A stretch of DNA of 64,000 nucleotides from the human T2T-CHM13v2.0 reference genome, Homo sapiens: assembly GCF_009914755.1 (NCBI RefSeq), contig NC_060932.1; one strand, given 5' to 3'. This document shows, in pieces, positions 13,740 through 26,199 of this stretch (its first letter is position 1; each line of letters starts with the position of its first letter). The position numbers and the translations under genes are program-made. The notes under the pieces were generated by a model. The model had not been told where the DNA came from, ran no database searches, and was given only the letters and a program-made list of their open reading frames with translations.

Positions 13740-15283
13740 CTAGGGATTTTGACTTCCAGACTCTTCTGATTCTCAAAAACTGAAGAAAGGTGGCCTCCCT
13801 ATTAAAAGATAGGACTCTCCAGGGCCTAAGCCAACATCATTATCTAGGAGACACCCGAGAGCCTTCTCCCATCAAGTCCATAGGAAACCCCATCAACCTC
13901 ACCTTGTCTCTTGGCTGCCAGAAGTATAACTAAGATTAAGTGCCAGCAAAAACTCAACCAGGAATATCCACGCCTGATAAAGTAGGAAAATACTGCACCC
14001 TGGAAGAGCTACAAGAATTATCTCACATTAATGGAAGTCAAAGGAGTACCTGTGGTACTAAATGTTGAAGATGTTTGATCAAGAGAGCTGGAATACAGGA
14101 TTAGATAAGAAGGAGAATACTTACTTGAGCTCACACACTTGAGACACAGAATTTAATATCCGATAAGTATCCTAGGGCACTATGAAAATTCTTCATGAGA
14201 GTGGCTTCTAGAAACCTGGAGAAAGTGTGACCTATGCTGAATAAGGTTGAAATGCCAGTAATGCAACCACGAATGGCAAAGGAAGGAATTAAAGGGCTCA
14301 GGGAGGTGGGCATGCTGGAATGGATACATTTTTTGAGGCTAGAAGACTCACCCAAAGATGATGTTGCATAGGATGATAAGAAGTAACACTGTTCACCAAG
14401 ACTATTAGACATGTGTTGATGAGAGGTACACTAAAGAGTTCTAAGGTTGCTCTCCTCTGCAAGCCAGGACTGATGGTAGAAGAGACTGTCAATGAACTTG
14501 GATTATTGATAGAAATGTGAATTATGACCCCAAAGCCATAGGGGTCAGGTTGTAACACACAATTACCAGAAAGGCTTTTAGTGCTCTTCAAGTTAAAGTG
14601 GCAGCCAAAGGGAAATGACCTGAAGAGCTTCAACAGTACCACTATCTTGGGGCTTACAGAGACCTCATCCAAAGGCATATAGGGTTCCATAAAATAGCAT
14701 CAACATAGGGACCTGTTTCAAACCAGTGGAAGCATGGGAGCAGGCGTACAACCATAGAATTCACTGGTTTTGTCATATATTTTACCATCCAGAAGAAACT
14801 GTCCTAAGAGAGAATTGGAATGGCCTGCTGCAGGTGCAGCTGAAGTGCCTTCTTAAAGGCCATATCCTCCAAGATAACATATACACATGGAATCAGAGAA
14901 CTCTGTATGATCCTGTGTACCTGGTAGGAAGAATGCATGGGTCTGGGACCAAGGAATAGAAGAACAAGTGCTTGACTTACCAATTATTCTCCATGACAAC
15001 TGAGGGACTTATGCTTCCTATCCTTACAACTCCGAGATCTGCAGGATTAGCCTCAAGTCCCAAAATGGAGCCTTTCAAGTGACATACAAGAGATCTATTG
15101 AGTTATAGGCTATGACTGCCATCTAAGTACTTTTGCCTTCTTATGTTCAGGATTCTACAGGCAAGAGGGAGGGTCAAAATCTAATACAGAATAATTTAAC
15201 CTGATTAGCAGGAGGAGGTGGGACTGTCATTAAACAACTGGGAGAAGAAAGGCTTTATGTGAAACTCAGATCATCCCCTTGGG
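13740..15283 (+). mobile_element. ERVL-class internal sequence (ERV3-16A3/LTR16-associated type), left part
   Basis: ORF 14726-14959 HRIHWFCHIFYHPEETVLRENWNGLLQVQLK resembles ERVL integrase core GIHWSYHVPHHPEAAGLIERWNGLLK. Confidence 0.7.
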
Positions 15284-15327
15284 AACTAACCCGCTCCTAT
15301 AATAATGGCATTATTCCATTCCCTTCC

Positions 15328-15706
15328 TGTCTTAGTTCATTTTCTGTTCCCAAAACATAATACCTCAGACTGAGTAATTTTTAAAGAAAATACCTTTCTT
15401 TCTCATAGTTCTGGATGCTGAGAAGTCTAAGAGAATGGCACTGGCAGCTGGTGAGAGTCTTCCTGCAATGTCATACCATGCAAATACGCAGAAGGGCAAA
15501 AAAGCACTTGTGAGAGAGAGCTCACTTTTATAAGTAAATCACTCCTCCAGTAACTAACCCACTCCCATTATAATGGCATTAATCTATTCATAAGTGTGGA
15601 GTTCCCATGACTACACACTTGTTAAAGGCACCACTTCTTAATCCTTTTATATTGGCAATTACATTTCTAACACATGCACTCTTGTGGGACACATGTAAAC
15701 CACAGT
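15328..15706 (-). mobile_element. MSTC/MSTD-type MaLR 3' LTR
   Basis: TGTCTTAGTTCATTTTCTG...CAGACTGAGTAATTT...AAACCACA; homologous to 17917-18287. Confidence 0.85.
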
Positions 15707-17916
15707 GTTCCAACCCAACTTCCAAAATTTGTGTCCTTCTCACATGCAAAATGTAGTAATTCCATCCCAATAGTCTCAAAAGTCTTAAATTACTCCAGTA
15801 TCAACTTAAAAGTCCCAGTTTCATCTAAATTAGAGGTGGGATTCAAGGCATGATTCACCCTGAGGCAAATTCCTTCAGCTGTGAGCCTGTGAAATTAAAA
15901 CAAGTTATCTACTTCCAAATACAATGGTGGAACAAGCATAGGATAGACATTCCATTCCAAAAGGGAGAAATAGGCAAGAAAAGAAGGGTAACTGGCTCTA
16001 AGTTTTAAAGCTGTAGAATGATCTCCTTTGACTCCGTATCTTGCATCCTAGACACACTGGGGTGAGAGTTGAGTCGCCAAGGCTTCAGGCAGCCCCATCC
16101 TTAGGCTTTGCTGGGCTCGGCCCACACAGCAGCTCTGATGGGCTGGATGTTTTAGGGGTTCAATCAGGATGGTGGGAGAAATTGTAAAATAAACACAAAT
16201 CTTCTTGGAAGGCCAGAAGGTTTCTGCTAAAGCCTCAGGAGAGAGTTATGGCTGAAGGCAGCCTAATCCTCTTTGAGCTATAGCAAGGGTAATTTAACAT
16301 AGGAATGTAGAGGAGTCTATCTAAATAGCTTGTTTACTCATGTGGTCCTAAGACTAACCTTTGACTATCCGTGGGTCCATGATTACTCTCTAAGCGGGGA
16401 GTCAGCAATGGTAATTACCTTCTAGTGATGTTTACTTGAGACCTTTGTTATTTGATGTGTGCTGAATAAATGCCAGCAGGGCCAGCAAGTTGAAGTCATG
16501 GCTGCTGACTATAGCACCTTCCTTGGTGTCTGTGAGTGGCTCAGACCCCTAGCTGCTCTTTCACTAAATATTGGTGTCTGGGTACATTATTCATCTATTG
16601 GGCAAGCTGGAGTCTGCAGGACAGACCCCCACAGGATGTCTCATGCATGCAGCCTTCCAAGGCTGCAGTTGCACGGCGATAGTTCTACAATTCTGGGGAC
16701 TTTGGGGTGGCTCTACTTTCATGGCCCCTCTAGGCATTGCTCTATTGGGCACTCTCTGTGGCAGCTCCAGTTCTACATTTCTGCTCAACATTACCCTAGT
16801 AGGGGCTCTCTGTGGTGGCTCCATTTCTGTGGCTGTTTTCTGCCTAGGCTTTCATTCAGTCTGCAAATTATTTGAAATCTGTATTGAGAAAGCCATACCC
16901 CCTCATTTCTTGCATTCTGTGTGCCTTCAGAATTAGTACCATGTGAATGCTGCCAAAATCTATGGCTTGTATCTCCTAGAGTGGAAGACTGAGTCACAGC
17001 TGAGGGTGCTTAAGCCATAGCTGGGGCAGTCACAGGATGCTGCACCAGAGTTCTGAGGCAACTCTTGGCAGTGAGCCCATAGAGGGTACCCTAGACCCAT
17101 CTCCCAAAACCATTCTGCTTTTTTAGAGCTCTTGGCCTGTGATGGAAGGGGCAGCCCTGAAGATCTTGGAAATGCCTTCAGGAACTTTCAACAGGACACA
17201 CTGTGTTGATGAATAGCATCTAGCTCCCTTAATTCTACAGTAATCTTTTTAGCAAATAATTTCTCAGACACACCCTTAGTATTCTGTTCCTTATTATTCT
17301 CTCCCAAGTGTGGTTTTCTACTCTTTATGATAATCAGGCTGTGAATTTTCTAATTTTTCCCCCATTTCTCTTTTAATCGCATAGTATGACTTTAAGTCAT
17401 TCCTTTGCTCTTTCATCTCACTGTATGTCCTTACAAGTAACCACAGAGCAACCTGAACACATTGCTACTTAAAAACATTTCTTCTACCAGATATTTTACT
17501 GTGTCATTCTTTAATTCTGCCTTCTATAAAGCCCTCAGGCATGGAAACAATTCATCAAAGCTCTTCACTGCTGTATAATAAGAATGTTACTTACCACAGT
17601 TTTCAAAACTTGTTACTCATTTCTGTCTTAGATCCCAACAGAATGGTCAGTACTGCCCATATTTCTATGTTGATAGAAATCAGTCATTCTCATCACAACT
17701 ACTTAAGTAATGTCTAAGAAGATTCAGACCCTATGGCTCTCTTCTTCTGAGCATTCACCAGAATCTCTCTAAATGTTCTGTTCACTGCAATACAGGCTAT
17801 TTCTGGCGTATTCCTCCAAAGTATTTTAGCCTCTACCCATTAGCCAATTCTAAAACTGTTTTCACATTTTCAGGTATTTGTTATAACAACAGTTCTACTT
17901 CTGAAGACCAATTTCC
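15707..17916 (-). mobile_element. MST-int MaLR internal region, interrupted by LTR22
   Basis: Antisense MaLR-int motifs (GTCCTTCTCACATGCAAAA, TACTTCCAAATACAATGGTGG, CTACTTCTGAAGACCAATTT next to the 5' LTR); bounded by two similar LTRs. Confidence 0.85.
16151..16633 (+). mobile_element. LTR22 solo LTR (HERV-K HML-5)
   Basis: TAGGGGTTCAATCAGGATGGTGGG start, AATAAA ~16465, end CTGCAGGACAGACCCCCACA; flanking duplication GGATGT at 16145-16150 and 16634-16639. Confidence 0.88.
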
Positions 17917-18287
17917 TGATTAAGCCTATTTTCTTCTGCTGAACAGAATACCACAGACTGGATAATTTATGTAGAAAATGTATTTCTCATGGTTCTAGAG
18001 GCTGGTAAATCTAGAATATGGTGCTGACATCTGGTGAGCGCCTTCCTACTGTGTCATCACATGGTTGATAGGAACACAAGGGAGTGTGCGTGTGGAAAAA
18101 AAAAACTCACTTTAAAAAGAAAGCCACTCTGATGATAATTAACCCACTCCTGTGATAACAGCATGAATCCATTCATGAGGGTGGTTCCCCATGACCTAAT
18201 CACTTCATAAATGCCCTGTTAACACTATTACATTGGCAATTAAATTTCTAACACATTAACTTTTGGGGCACATATTCAAACTGTGTG
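17917..18287 (-). mobile_element. MSTC/MSTD-type MaLR 5' LTR
   Basis: AACAGAATACCACAGACTGGATAATTTAT...CATGACCTAATCAC...CATATTCAAAC; homologous to 15328-15706. Confidence 0.85.
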
Positions 18288-18288
18288 A

Positions 18289-18625
18289 ATATCAAGGGGT
18301 AGGTTCATCAGTTCTGACTCAATCAGAGAATGATTTCCAGGAGCTCAGTTCCCTTAGAAATGAAATTTTAAATGACACTACCAGGTAAGCCACTGAGACC
18401 AGTGGAGGTGATAGCTAAGAACATAAGGAATTAAGAATTTTTAATGGAGAAAGGAGGTAATGAATACCAGTTACATCCTAAGACTCACTGTAGTGGTGAG
18501 TGTTGTAATTTATCTCGCTATCCATCCTCTTTTAAGTTTTTCCTTAGAAAGTCCTCTATTGGTACCTTGGAGGGACTGCTGTCAAAATATATGGAAAAGT
18601 GGGTCTGTGTGGTACAAGAGGTGGA
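18289..18625 (+). mobile_element. ERVL-class internal sequence, right part, ending in a polypurine tract
   Basis: ACCAGGTAAGCCAC...GAGGTGATAGCT...GATGAATACCAGTT-like ERVL 3' motifs; AAGAGGTGGAC PPT before the LTR. Confidence 0.65.
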
Positions 18626-18626
18626 C

Positions 18627-18995
18627 TTTGCCACACATGGAAGTTTGCTGCCAAGATCTTCACTAATGAAAGAAATCACCAGTGAGCTGCACAGATTAGC
18701 CAAATACTGAGCTCATTAGAACTACTAAGGCCTGGACATTTCTGCCTAATCCAGGACTCCTGTAATTATCAGTCTTTGCTTTGGAGCTTCCCATTGTGTA
18801 GCTGAGAATTTGTCATATCTGCATTATAATCTAAGGCTCCACATACTTAATCCTGCTTCTCCCCCTTTTTCTTTCCCTTTCCCAGCGGTCAGCTCTGCTG
18901 CATAGTCTGAAGACTTTCCCTGCCCAATCCTGATAAAATTCTTGCACTCGTAACCCCATCTCAGTGTCTGCTTTCCAGAACACCCGATAAACACA
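18627..18995 (+). mobile_element. LTR16C-like ERVL 3' LTR
   Basis: Ends TTGCACTCGTAACCCCATCTCAGTGTCTGCTTTCCAGAACACCC...ACA, typical of the LTR16 family; follows PPT. Confidence 0.72.
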
Positions 18996-20775
18996 GTAGT
19001 TAACTTAATCATGGTCTAAATGAATCTTAATTTCATAAATTCCCAGGACCCATAGGAAACTAGTCTCATATATAATCCTCACTTAGCATCTGGAAGTAAT
19101 GTAGGTTTCTCTATCCACCTTCACAGAATCTCATCAAAGCAGATTTAACACTTTCTTAATTCTGGTAAACCTTATATCTCTGTAGTCTTGAACTGACAAG
19201 ACTAAAATTCTCTTCTTTAGTCAGTGTGCTATAAAAACAAGTAGCTTTTATTCCTGAAAGAACATGTAATTTATTCCAACATATTATTCAGTAAGATTTT
19301 GAATTGTAATTCTTAACCACCATTCATAACTAGTATTAATAACTACAGAACAATGTAGATGAAAAGCAGGAGTAGGCGTTTTGAAGATATGGGAATAAAA
19401 TTTATATGAGAAGTGCCTTAAAAACTAGCGGAATGCAATTGCCTTATTCTGGGTAGTAAAGGTGGGTGATTTTTCTATCCAATCCTTCTTTTGTATTGCT
19501 TCATTTTATTAATTTAGAAAAGATTCACCAATCTGTTGAACTCAAGAAAAAAAATACTTCCTTAAACTTCTTGGTCAGTTAATGTGTGATCCCAAGAGTC
19601 AAAGTTAGCCACTATGACTCCCCACTATATACGCACCCTTAAAACTGTAAAATAAAATATATCCCTCTTTTTGAGATAAATTAAAAGTAAACAGTGGAGG
19701 GGTAGAGAGTAACAACAGTGGGAAATATGCTGTAGTTTAGTATTTAAAACCAGTTGTGTGGATAAAAGCTCATATGAAAAAATTTCTGGGTCATTATAAT
19801 TAATAGGGTATAGACTGAGAAAAAGTTCCTCTTCAAAAAAATGTTAAGAGTATATATTTGCATGGTGATTTTCCTAAAATAAAATATTGGCTCTTTGTCA
19901 GATTATTATCACTATTATTTATAAATAGCAGTACAATATATATTCAAAATACAGCTTACGTGTAGGGGAGGTATTACATTACTCACACTTGAATGCAGTG
20001 TAGGCACTGAGCAGTATAAGCTGTTTCCTGGATCATAGTGGAATTGAATTAACTACTATATTAAGCACTGTTTGTTTTGCCCACAAACAGATTTGAATTG
20101 AGGGGTTTGGAGGAGAACACCATAATTATAGACAAAAGAAAAAGACAAAATAAATTAAAAAAATCAAATTCACTGACTGAAAGGAAAAAAGAGACCACAG
20201 ATATGTATGTTAAAGAATATATAGACACCAATCTTATTCAACATGACATTGGAATATCAGCAAGAGCACTATGTTGAGTCTGTTCTAGACATATGAATTA
20301 AAAAGGAAAATTAAGAATAACTGACTGCAGGAAATGCAAAGTTAGACCCCTTTGCCCTGACATAGCTGCCTTCAACTTAATTATATCTTTAGTATGTATT
20401 TTCTTGTTTAGCCTCAGTGCTTATTTTCTTTTACTTCTCTCTTCCCCACATTTCAAACACATTTCCTGTTGCTTCATTAGGTACTATATATCTTTAGTTT
20501 TTCACATACTTTTAGGCAAGCTCTTTCTCTGTCAGTGGGTCCTTGTCAATACATACTTACTTGTGAAGTTTAGTTGTTTTATTGGTTATTGGTTATTATT
20601 ATGTAGGAAATTATCACAAATTATATAAGAACTAGACAAAATTCTGATAACTTACTGTCCTTATTTAATACAAAATGGAAGTGATCTAACAGTTCATTAC
20701 CATTATTCCAAAAAAATTTATATTACATAAACTAGATGTTTTTTCAAGGGCAGATTCAATTTTCTTATATTTATA

Positions 20776-20978
20776 AATTCTGCTTACAGTCGATAATAAT
20801 CAAAGGTATCTAACACAGATGCAACAACAATAACTTCCCTCAAATTCCTTCCATACTGTGATTCATCACAGCCTTCTTCTCAGGACTATTGTACAAATCC
20901 TATGATTTCATGAATAAATATAGTAAAGAACTCTATCAAAACAACATTAATGATCAACCAGATCTACTCCCCAACTAC
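20776..20978 (+). repeat. Copy 1 of an unassigned ~200-bp direct repeat
   Basis: Colinear with 24419-24623 (TAACACAGA, GATTCATCACA.CCTTCTT, TATGATTTCAT, CTCTATCAAAACA, ATGATCAACCAGATCTA). Confidence 0.85.
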
Positions 20979-21114
20979 TATTTTGTCTGATGGTAAAAAT
21001 AGTACATATTCCTTGGGAAAAATTCTACCAGAAAACAAAAATGGTAATAAGTAAGATTAAAAACAAACAACCAAACAATCAAAACTGTGTAATTATAGTA
21101 TCTAGGGAAAACCA

Positions 21115-21675
21115 CTGTCAGCCCTGAGGTGGCCTCCTCTGACACTGTGGGGTGGGGGACTCATTACTGCAGGGTGATGGCAGAAGCCCTGTCTCTGCAC
21201 TAGACCTTCTCTGGCAATAGCCCAGTAGGGAGAAGCACAGGTGCTTCATTACTGTCTGGTGGGGTGGAAGTCCAGGCTTCCTATATGGTCTTCATGACTT
21301 CACTGGGAAGGGGAATGAGGCTTGTTATAACCTAGCAGGGATTAAAGTTCTGGCTTTCTGAACTTGGACTTCTTTATCCCTACTTTGGCAGGGCCCTAGG
21401 GTGCCTTTTATAGTCCAGCAAGTGTGGAATTCTTAATTCCCCACTCAACCTTGGATAGCATAGTTAGGAGTGGAGAAGAGTTTTTCTGTCGTGTTTGGCT
21501 AAAGTGGCTATTTTCTAAAAGTTTTTCTTTTCTAGTCTTTTGTCTAGAGAGAACAGGCTTTTGTTGGGGACTTTTTGGTTCTGAAATTGTCCCTTGGTGT
21601 TGCTAGTTTCCTGGTATCTTCAGCAACAAGTCTGAGATAAATTAGGCAAAATGAAAACCCAGAGAAAGCACCACA
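21115..21675 (-). mobile_element. Old L1M (L1MC/L1MD-type) 5'UTR fragment
   Basis: Repeated CATTACTG/GGAAGTCCAGGCT units and GAAAACCCAGAGAAAGCACCAC, similar to antisense L1M 5' ends. Confidence 0.6.
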
Positions 21676-21713
21676 TTTATTTCTACATTAGCCAACGAGG
21701 ATAACTGCATAAG

Positions 21714-22303
21714 TGTAACTCAACTCAGGTCTGGCTGCTCAGTGCTTGCAGAGCCCAATAACAAGAGCAAGGTATGGTGGAAAGAAAGTGACTTTATTCA
21801 CCAAAACTAGCAATAGAAATGGCAGGATTCACATCCAAAGTAACCACTTTGAATTTCTGGGGAGAAGGCAAAGGTTTAAAAAGGGAAACTTGATAGAGGA
21901 GGCATGTAGGAGTTGTGCTGAGTGGAAGGTCTGTGTATCTTGTTTGGTGGCTATCTTGAGTCACAGACCATCTGGATCGCAGGTTGGCATCATCTCAACA
22001 ATGGCAAGGTGGCTGCCGAGCTGCCTTGAGGTAATCTCTGGAATTTTGCAGCTGGGTCTCCAGGTTTGGCCTGTCTGTCTCAAGATTAGCCCTTGGAACT
22101 TCTAGCTAAGCACATAATTAGATACTAGCATATAATTTGATAAATATGAGAGTATCCTACGGGAAAGGGTAGGTGGGGAGTCTATTTCAAGATTATGGGA
22201 AAAGGCTTCTGCAGTTTGCTTCAAGGTTACGTCTCAAAACTAGGGAGAAAATAGAAAGGGGAAAAAGTTAAAATGCATTTTGAAGTTAAGCTGCTCGGTT
22301 ACT
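21714..22303 (-). mobile_element. ERV1-class solo LTR (MER87/LTR36/LTR24-like, subfamily uncertain)
   Basis: TGTAAC...GGTTAC inverted termini, antisense AATAAA (TTTATT ~21793), 4-bp TSD TAAG at 21710-21713 and 22304-22307. Confidence 0.8.
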
Positions 22304-22769
22304 TAAGGAAGAACTTAAAAGGCACATTGAAGAAAATATTGTTGGTTAGTTATATTTAGATTTGTGATCTAAAATATATTTTCTTTTTGTTAGGGATCAT
22401 TTAATGCTAAATTTAAATATTAAAGTGTATTAAAGATAAGACTCATGCTAATTAGCTCTTGTTGGCTACGGCCCTCTTATCTCTGAAACTTTATCCTGTT
22501 GTATTTCGAGAAAATTTTCCATTTATAATTGATCTTATGAGTGATTTGAGGCAGATGTATCCATTTAGTCTAGAAACATCATGTACTAAATATGTTAAAA
22601 ACTAAGTAGATGATCAATATAATCCATAAGTAAATATACTTACAAATGTTTTCTTTACCAGTAACTCATTATATGTGGTACCAGAAAATGGTGTTAAATG
22701 AGTTTACCAAATAATTTCACATATAATGTAATATTTCAGTCATGTAAAATCAGCTGAATTCAGTAGATC

Positions 22770-22890
22770 TGGGATTATTTCTTTCATTTTACAAATGAGT
22801 GGTGGGAGGTGGGGAGTGAGAATGGAAGAGAGAGAGATTAGGTAGTTTGTCCCAAATCATACAACTGTAAAATGAAGAATCTGAATCATC
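22770..22890 (-). mobile_element. MIR fragment
   Basis: CATTTTACAAATGAG...GTTTGTCCCAAATCATACAACT antisense MIR core. Confidence 0.6.
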
Positions 22891-23037
22891 TTTTGGGGTG
22901 AATCTTCTATTTTTCAGGACATCAGCTATGAAAAATGAGGAATAATACAGCTTTCAAAGTGTGTTTCACTTTGACTTAGGCTATTCCTACAATTATGGTT
23001 AGTGACAACTTGTGAATTATGCTGCCAGATGATCAAA

Positions 23038-23250
23038 TTTTCTCAAATATGGATACCACAAAGATATTTGTTAAAATACAGACCCCATATTTAGTCTATT
23101 AGGTATAATTAGGAAATTACCACTTTTATAGGTCAATACAACAAAATATTGGCAATTTCATATTTCAGACTATTATACAACTAATTTTTAGCTTATATAA
23201 AATATGATTCCAAGTGATTTTGTTAAACAAAACACTTTTAAGAAAATACT
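23038..23250. mobile_element. MER5A-like hAT remnant with a MADE2 mariner MITE inserted at ~23099-23175
   Basis: TTTTCTCAAA...TTGTTAAAATACAGA left, TTTAAGAAAATACTG right; insert TTAGGT...GAAATTACCACTTTTATAGGTCAA...ATATTGGCAATTTCATAT resembles MADE2. Confidence 0.55.
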
Positions 23251-24082
23251 GAATCATTTTACATCTTTGGGATGGCTTTTTTTCACTTACTTGAAGAATA
23301 TAGCTGCATTTTAATTGAATGTACATTTTAAAACGTATTTTTGTAGAAAATTTACAATCATAACTTCAGTCTACTTTTTTCCCTATGCATACTTTTTGAG
23401 ATTCAATTTAAAAAGTTCTTTAATACTAATTTTACCTGAAGTTTGGAATAAAAGCAAAAGCCCAAACAATATTACAAGAAACAAGTAGCAAGTAAAATTT
23501 GTGGCTTTTGTTGCTATCCAATAAAAATCAAATTTATACTGATTACTTGGTGATTAGGTAGTTGATTCTCAAGGTATTAATTTATTTTAATTCCCATTGA
23601 ATACTTTTTCTTTCTTTCTTTCTTAGCTTAGTAGTTCTTGATTTGTTTTTTTCCTATTATTTTACAGACTATTATTATGCTATTTTTAACCTCTGTTTCC
23701 TATGAAAGGGGCTTCAGTTTTATTTTATACATAAACATATTCTAATTATAAAACAAACCAGTCTCTTAAACACTATTTCTGTGTATATACAGACACTACT
23801 TTATTATTTCCTCAAAAATATTCATTTTTTATTCATTTTTACATAGACTTTATGAGTGTTGAATTACTGAACATTTCACGTTTAAACTAGGTAAGAAAAA
23901 ATAATAGAAGTTAAATTATTGAAAGTGTAGAACTAATACAAAATTGTGTTCAATAGGAAAACCATAATAAAATATAAACTGACTAGGTATCTTAAATCAG
24001 AAATAGTAATTCACTGTGTAAAATAAGGAAAGAACTTACACAAGTGACAATGTAAAAATCCAAAATATCGTAATTTAAAAGT

Positions 24083-24308
24083 TAACCTTTATTGGGCATT
24101 TAATGCCAGGCACTGTGTTAAGGGTGTTATGGATATTATATCATTGTATCCTAATACTTGAAACTACAGTTTAATTTTTCTCTTTATCCCAGTAAGTAAT
24201 GTGAGACCTAGGCATGTTCAATAACCTGCCCAATGTCGCACAGTTGGTGAACCAGGAGTCAATTGTTGGTATCCTGACTCTAGCACCAGCACTCTTAACT
24301 ACTACACC
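24083..24308 (-). mobile_element. Near full-length MIR
   Basis: TTTATTGGGCATT..ATGCCAGGCACTGTG...AACCTGCCCAATGTCGCACAG...CTCTTAACTACTACAC. Confidence 0.8.
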
Positions 24309-24418
24309 TTCAATCTTACAATGCTTAATTAGTCAAAGGATATTCTAAAATGCTGTGACTTAGGAATAATAAGCTGAATTACCACAATCATTATCTTGAA
24401 ATACTTTCCCAAACATAC

Positions 24419-24623
24419 AATTCTGTTTACAGTTAATAATAACCAAGGATAACTAACACAGAGGCAACAATAATAATTTCACACCAAATTCCCCCCATAC
24501 TATGATTCATCACAACCTTCTTCCCAGGACTACTGTAGAGGTCATATGATTTCATAAATAAATACAGTAAAGAGCTCTATCAAAACAGTATTCATGATCA
24601 ACCAGATCTATTCCCCACCTATT
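24419..24623 (+). repeat. Copy 2 of an unassigned ~200-bp direct repeat
   Basis: Colinear with 20776-20978. Confidence 0.85.
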
Positions 24624-24639
24624 CCTAGAAAAAGTCTGT

Positions 24640-24862
24640 GTCAATTCAGGGAAACGTCATTCTTCAAGTTCATCAGAACGAAGACCCAGGAATCATCCTA
24701 TACTTTCTTCATTCTCTCTCAGCTCATAATACAACTGTCAAAAAAAATCAGTCATTTCTATACTCAAAACATATTTATAATATAATCACCTGTCACCACC
24801 TCCACTACCACTACCATGGTCCCAGCCATCATCATTATCTCTTAGTGTAAAAATGCCTCCCT
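24640..24862 (+). mobile_element. L2 fragment
   Basis: CCCAGGAATCATCCT..., CCACTACCATGGTCCCAGCCATCATCATTATCTC L2 motifs. Confidence 0.55.
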
Positions 24863-24948
24863 GTAGAGGGAAGGTATTTTCCCAGTAAGGGCTCAAAAGA
24901 ACTCTGGTACTGGAATACCGTTTGGTGAGATAATGGGAGGGTAAGGAG

Positions 24949-25628
24949 TGTATTAGTTCGTTCTCACATCACTATAATGAAATACCTGAAAGTGGGTAAT
25001 TTATAAAGAAAAGAGGTTCAGGCCAGGTCTGGTGGCTCACATCTGTAATCCCAGCACTTTGGGAGGCTGAGGCAGCTGGATCATTTAAGGTCAGGAGTTC
25101 AAACCAGCCTGGCCAACATGGTAAAACCCCATTTCTACTAAAAATACAAAAATTAGCTGGGCATGGTGGCACACACCTGCAGTCCCAGCTACTTAGGAGG
25201 CGGAGGCAGGAAACTGGCTTGAACCCAGGACGTGGAGGTTGCCATGAGCCAAGATCACATCACTGCACTCCAGCCTGGGTGACAGAGTAAGACTCTGCCT
25301 TAAAAAAAAAAAAAAGAGGTTTAATTGGCTCATGGTTCTGCTAGCTGTACAGGCTCCTGCTTCTTGGGGGACCTCAGGAAACTTACAATTATGGTGGAAG
25401 ACCCAGGGGAAGCTGGCACGTCTTACATGGTGGGAGCAGGAGGAAGAGGAGGAATGAGGAGGTGTACCCACTTTTAAATAACCAGATCTCAGGACCACTC
25501 ACTCACTGTATCACAAGAATAGCAAGGGGGAAGTTTGCCCCCAGAATCCAATCACCTCCTCCAACACTGGAGATTACAATTTGACATGAATTGAGATTTG
25601 AGCAGGGACACAAATCCAACCTATATCA
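24949..25628 (-). mobile_element. MSTA-type MaLR solo LTR split by an Alu
   Basis: TGTATTAGTTCGTTCTCAC...ACACAAATCCAACCTATATCA; near-TSD AGGAG (24944-24948) / AGGGG (25629-25633). Confidence 0.88.
25021..25315 (+). mobile_element. Full-length Alu (AluSx/Sz-like) inserted in MSTA
   Basis: Sense Alu dimer with poly-A; TSD AAAAGAGGTT on both sides. Confidence 0.93.
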
Positions 25629-25837
25629 AGGGGACATTTTTTTTTCTTATCTTAATGAAACTCGATCTATGTGCATTTATATTTTTCTCTTTAAAAGGTC
25701 TATTCTTTAATCTATACACAGTGAGACATCCTAGAATTAGTATAGACTCTTTGAAAATGACACGTGGCTAGACCCACCTGGCATAACAATGTCCTCAGTG
25801 TCAATTATTGGAGTGTACAAGTTGATAAATAAATACC

Positions 25838-25954
25838 ATAATAGCTGACATTTATTGATTGCTTCTGAGAATTTTCATGTGGTACCTCATTTAATTCTTG
25901 CAACAACCCAATGAACTAAATACTATTATTTTTATCCTGCTTTACAGCATAAGT

Positions 25955-25994
<40 letters not shown>

Positions 25995-26170
25995 TATAAA
26001 ATACACACACAGATATATATATATAAAATATATATAAATATATATATTATATATTATATAACATATATAACATATAACATATATATATGTGGTAAAAGAG
26101 CCATGTAAGAGGTACACACAGTTTTTGAACCAGATAGTCTTGCTCTGTGGTTTATGCATGTGAAATCAAC
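25838..26170 (-). mobile_element. MIR split by a (TA)n/(CA)n microsatellite (25956-26088)
   Basis: AATAGCTGACATTTATTGA...CTCATTTAATTCTTGCAACAACCC left; TTTGAACCAGATAGTCT right. Confidence 0.7.
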
Positions 26171-26199
26171 ACCAAGGCGCTTTCTATGTTATTGTTTTA

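Noticed and set aside
20776-20978. Duplicated unit as a NUMT or C/D-box snoRNA (GTGATGA on the minus strand)
   Set aside because: No mitochondrial protein similarity that I can recognise, and no suitably placed CTGA box with terminal stem in both copies
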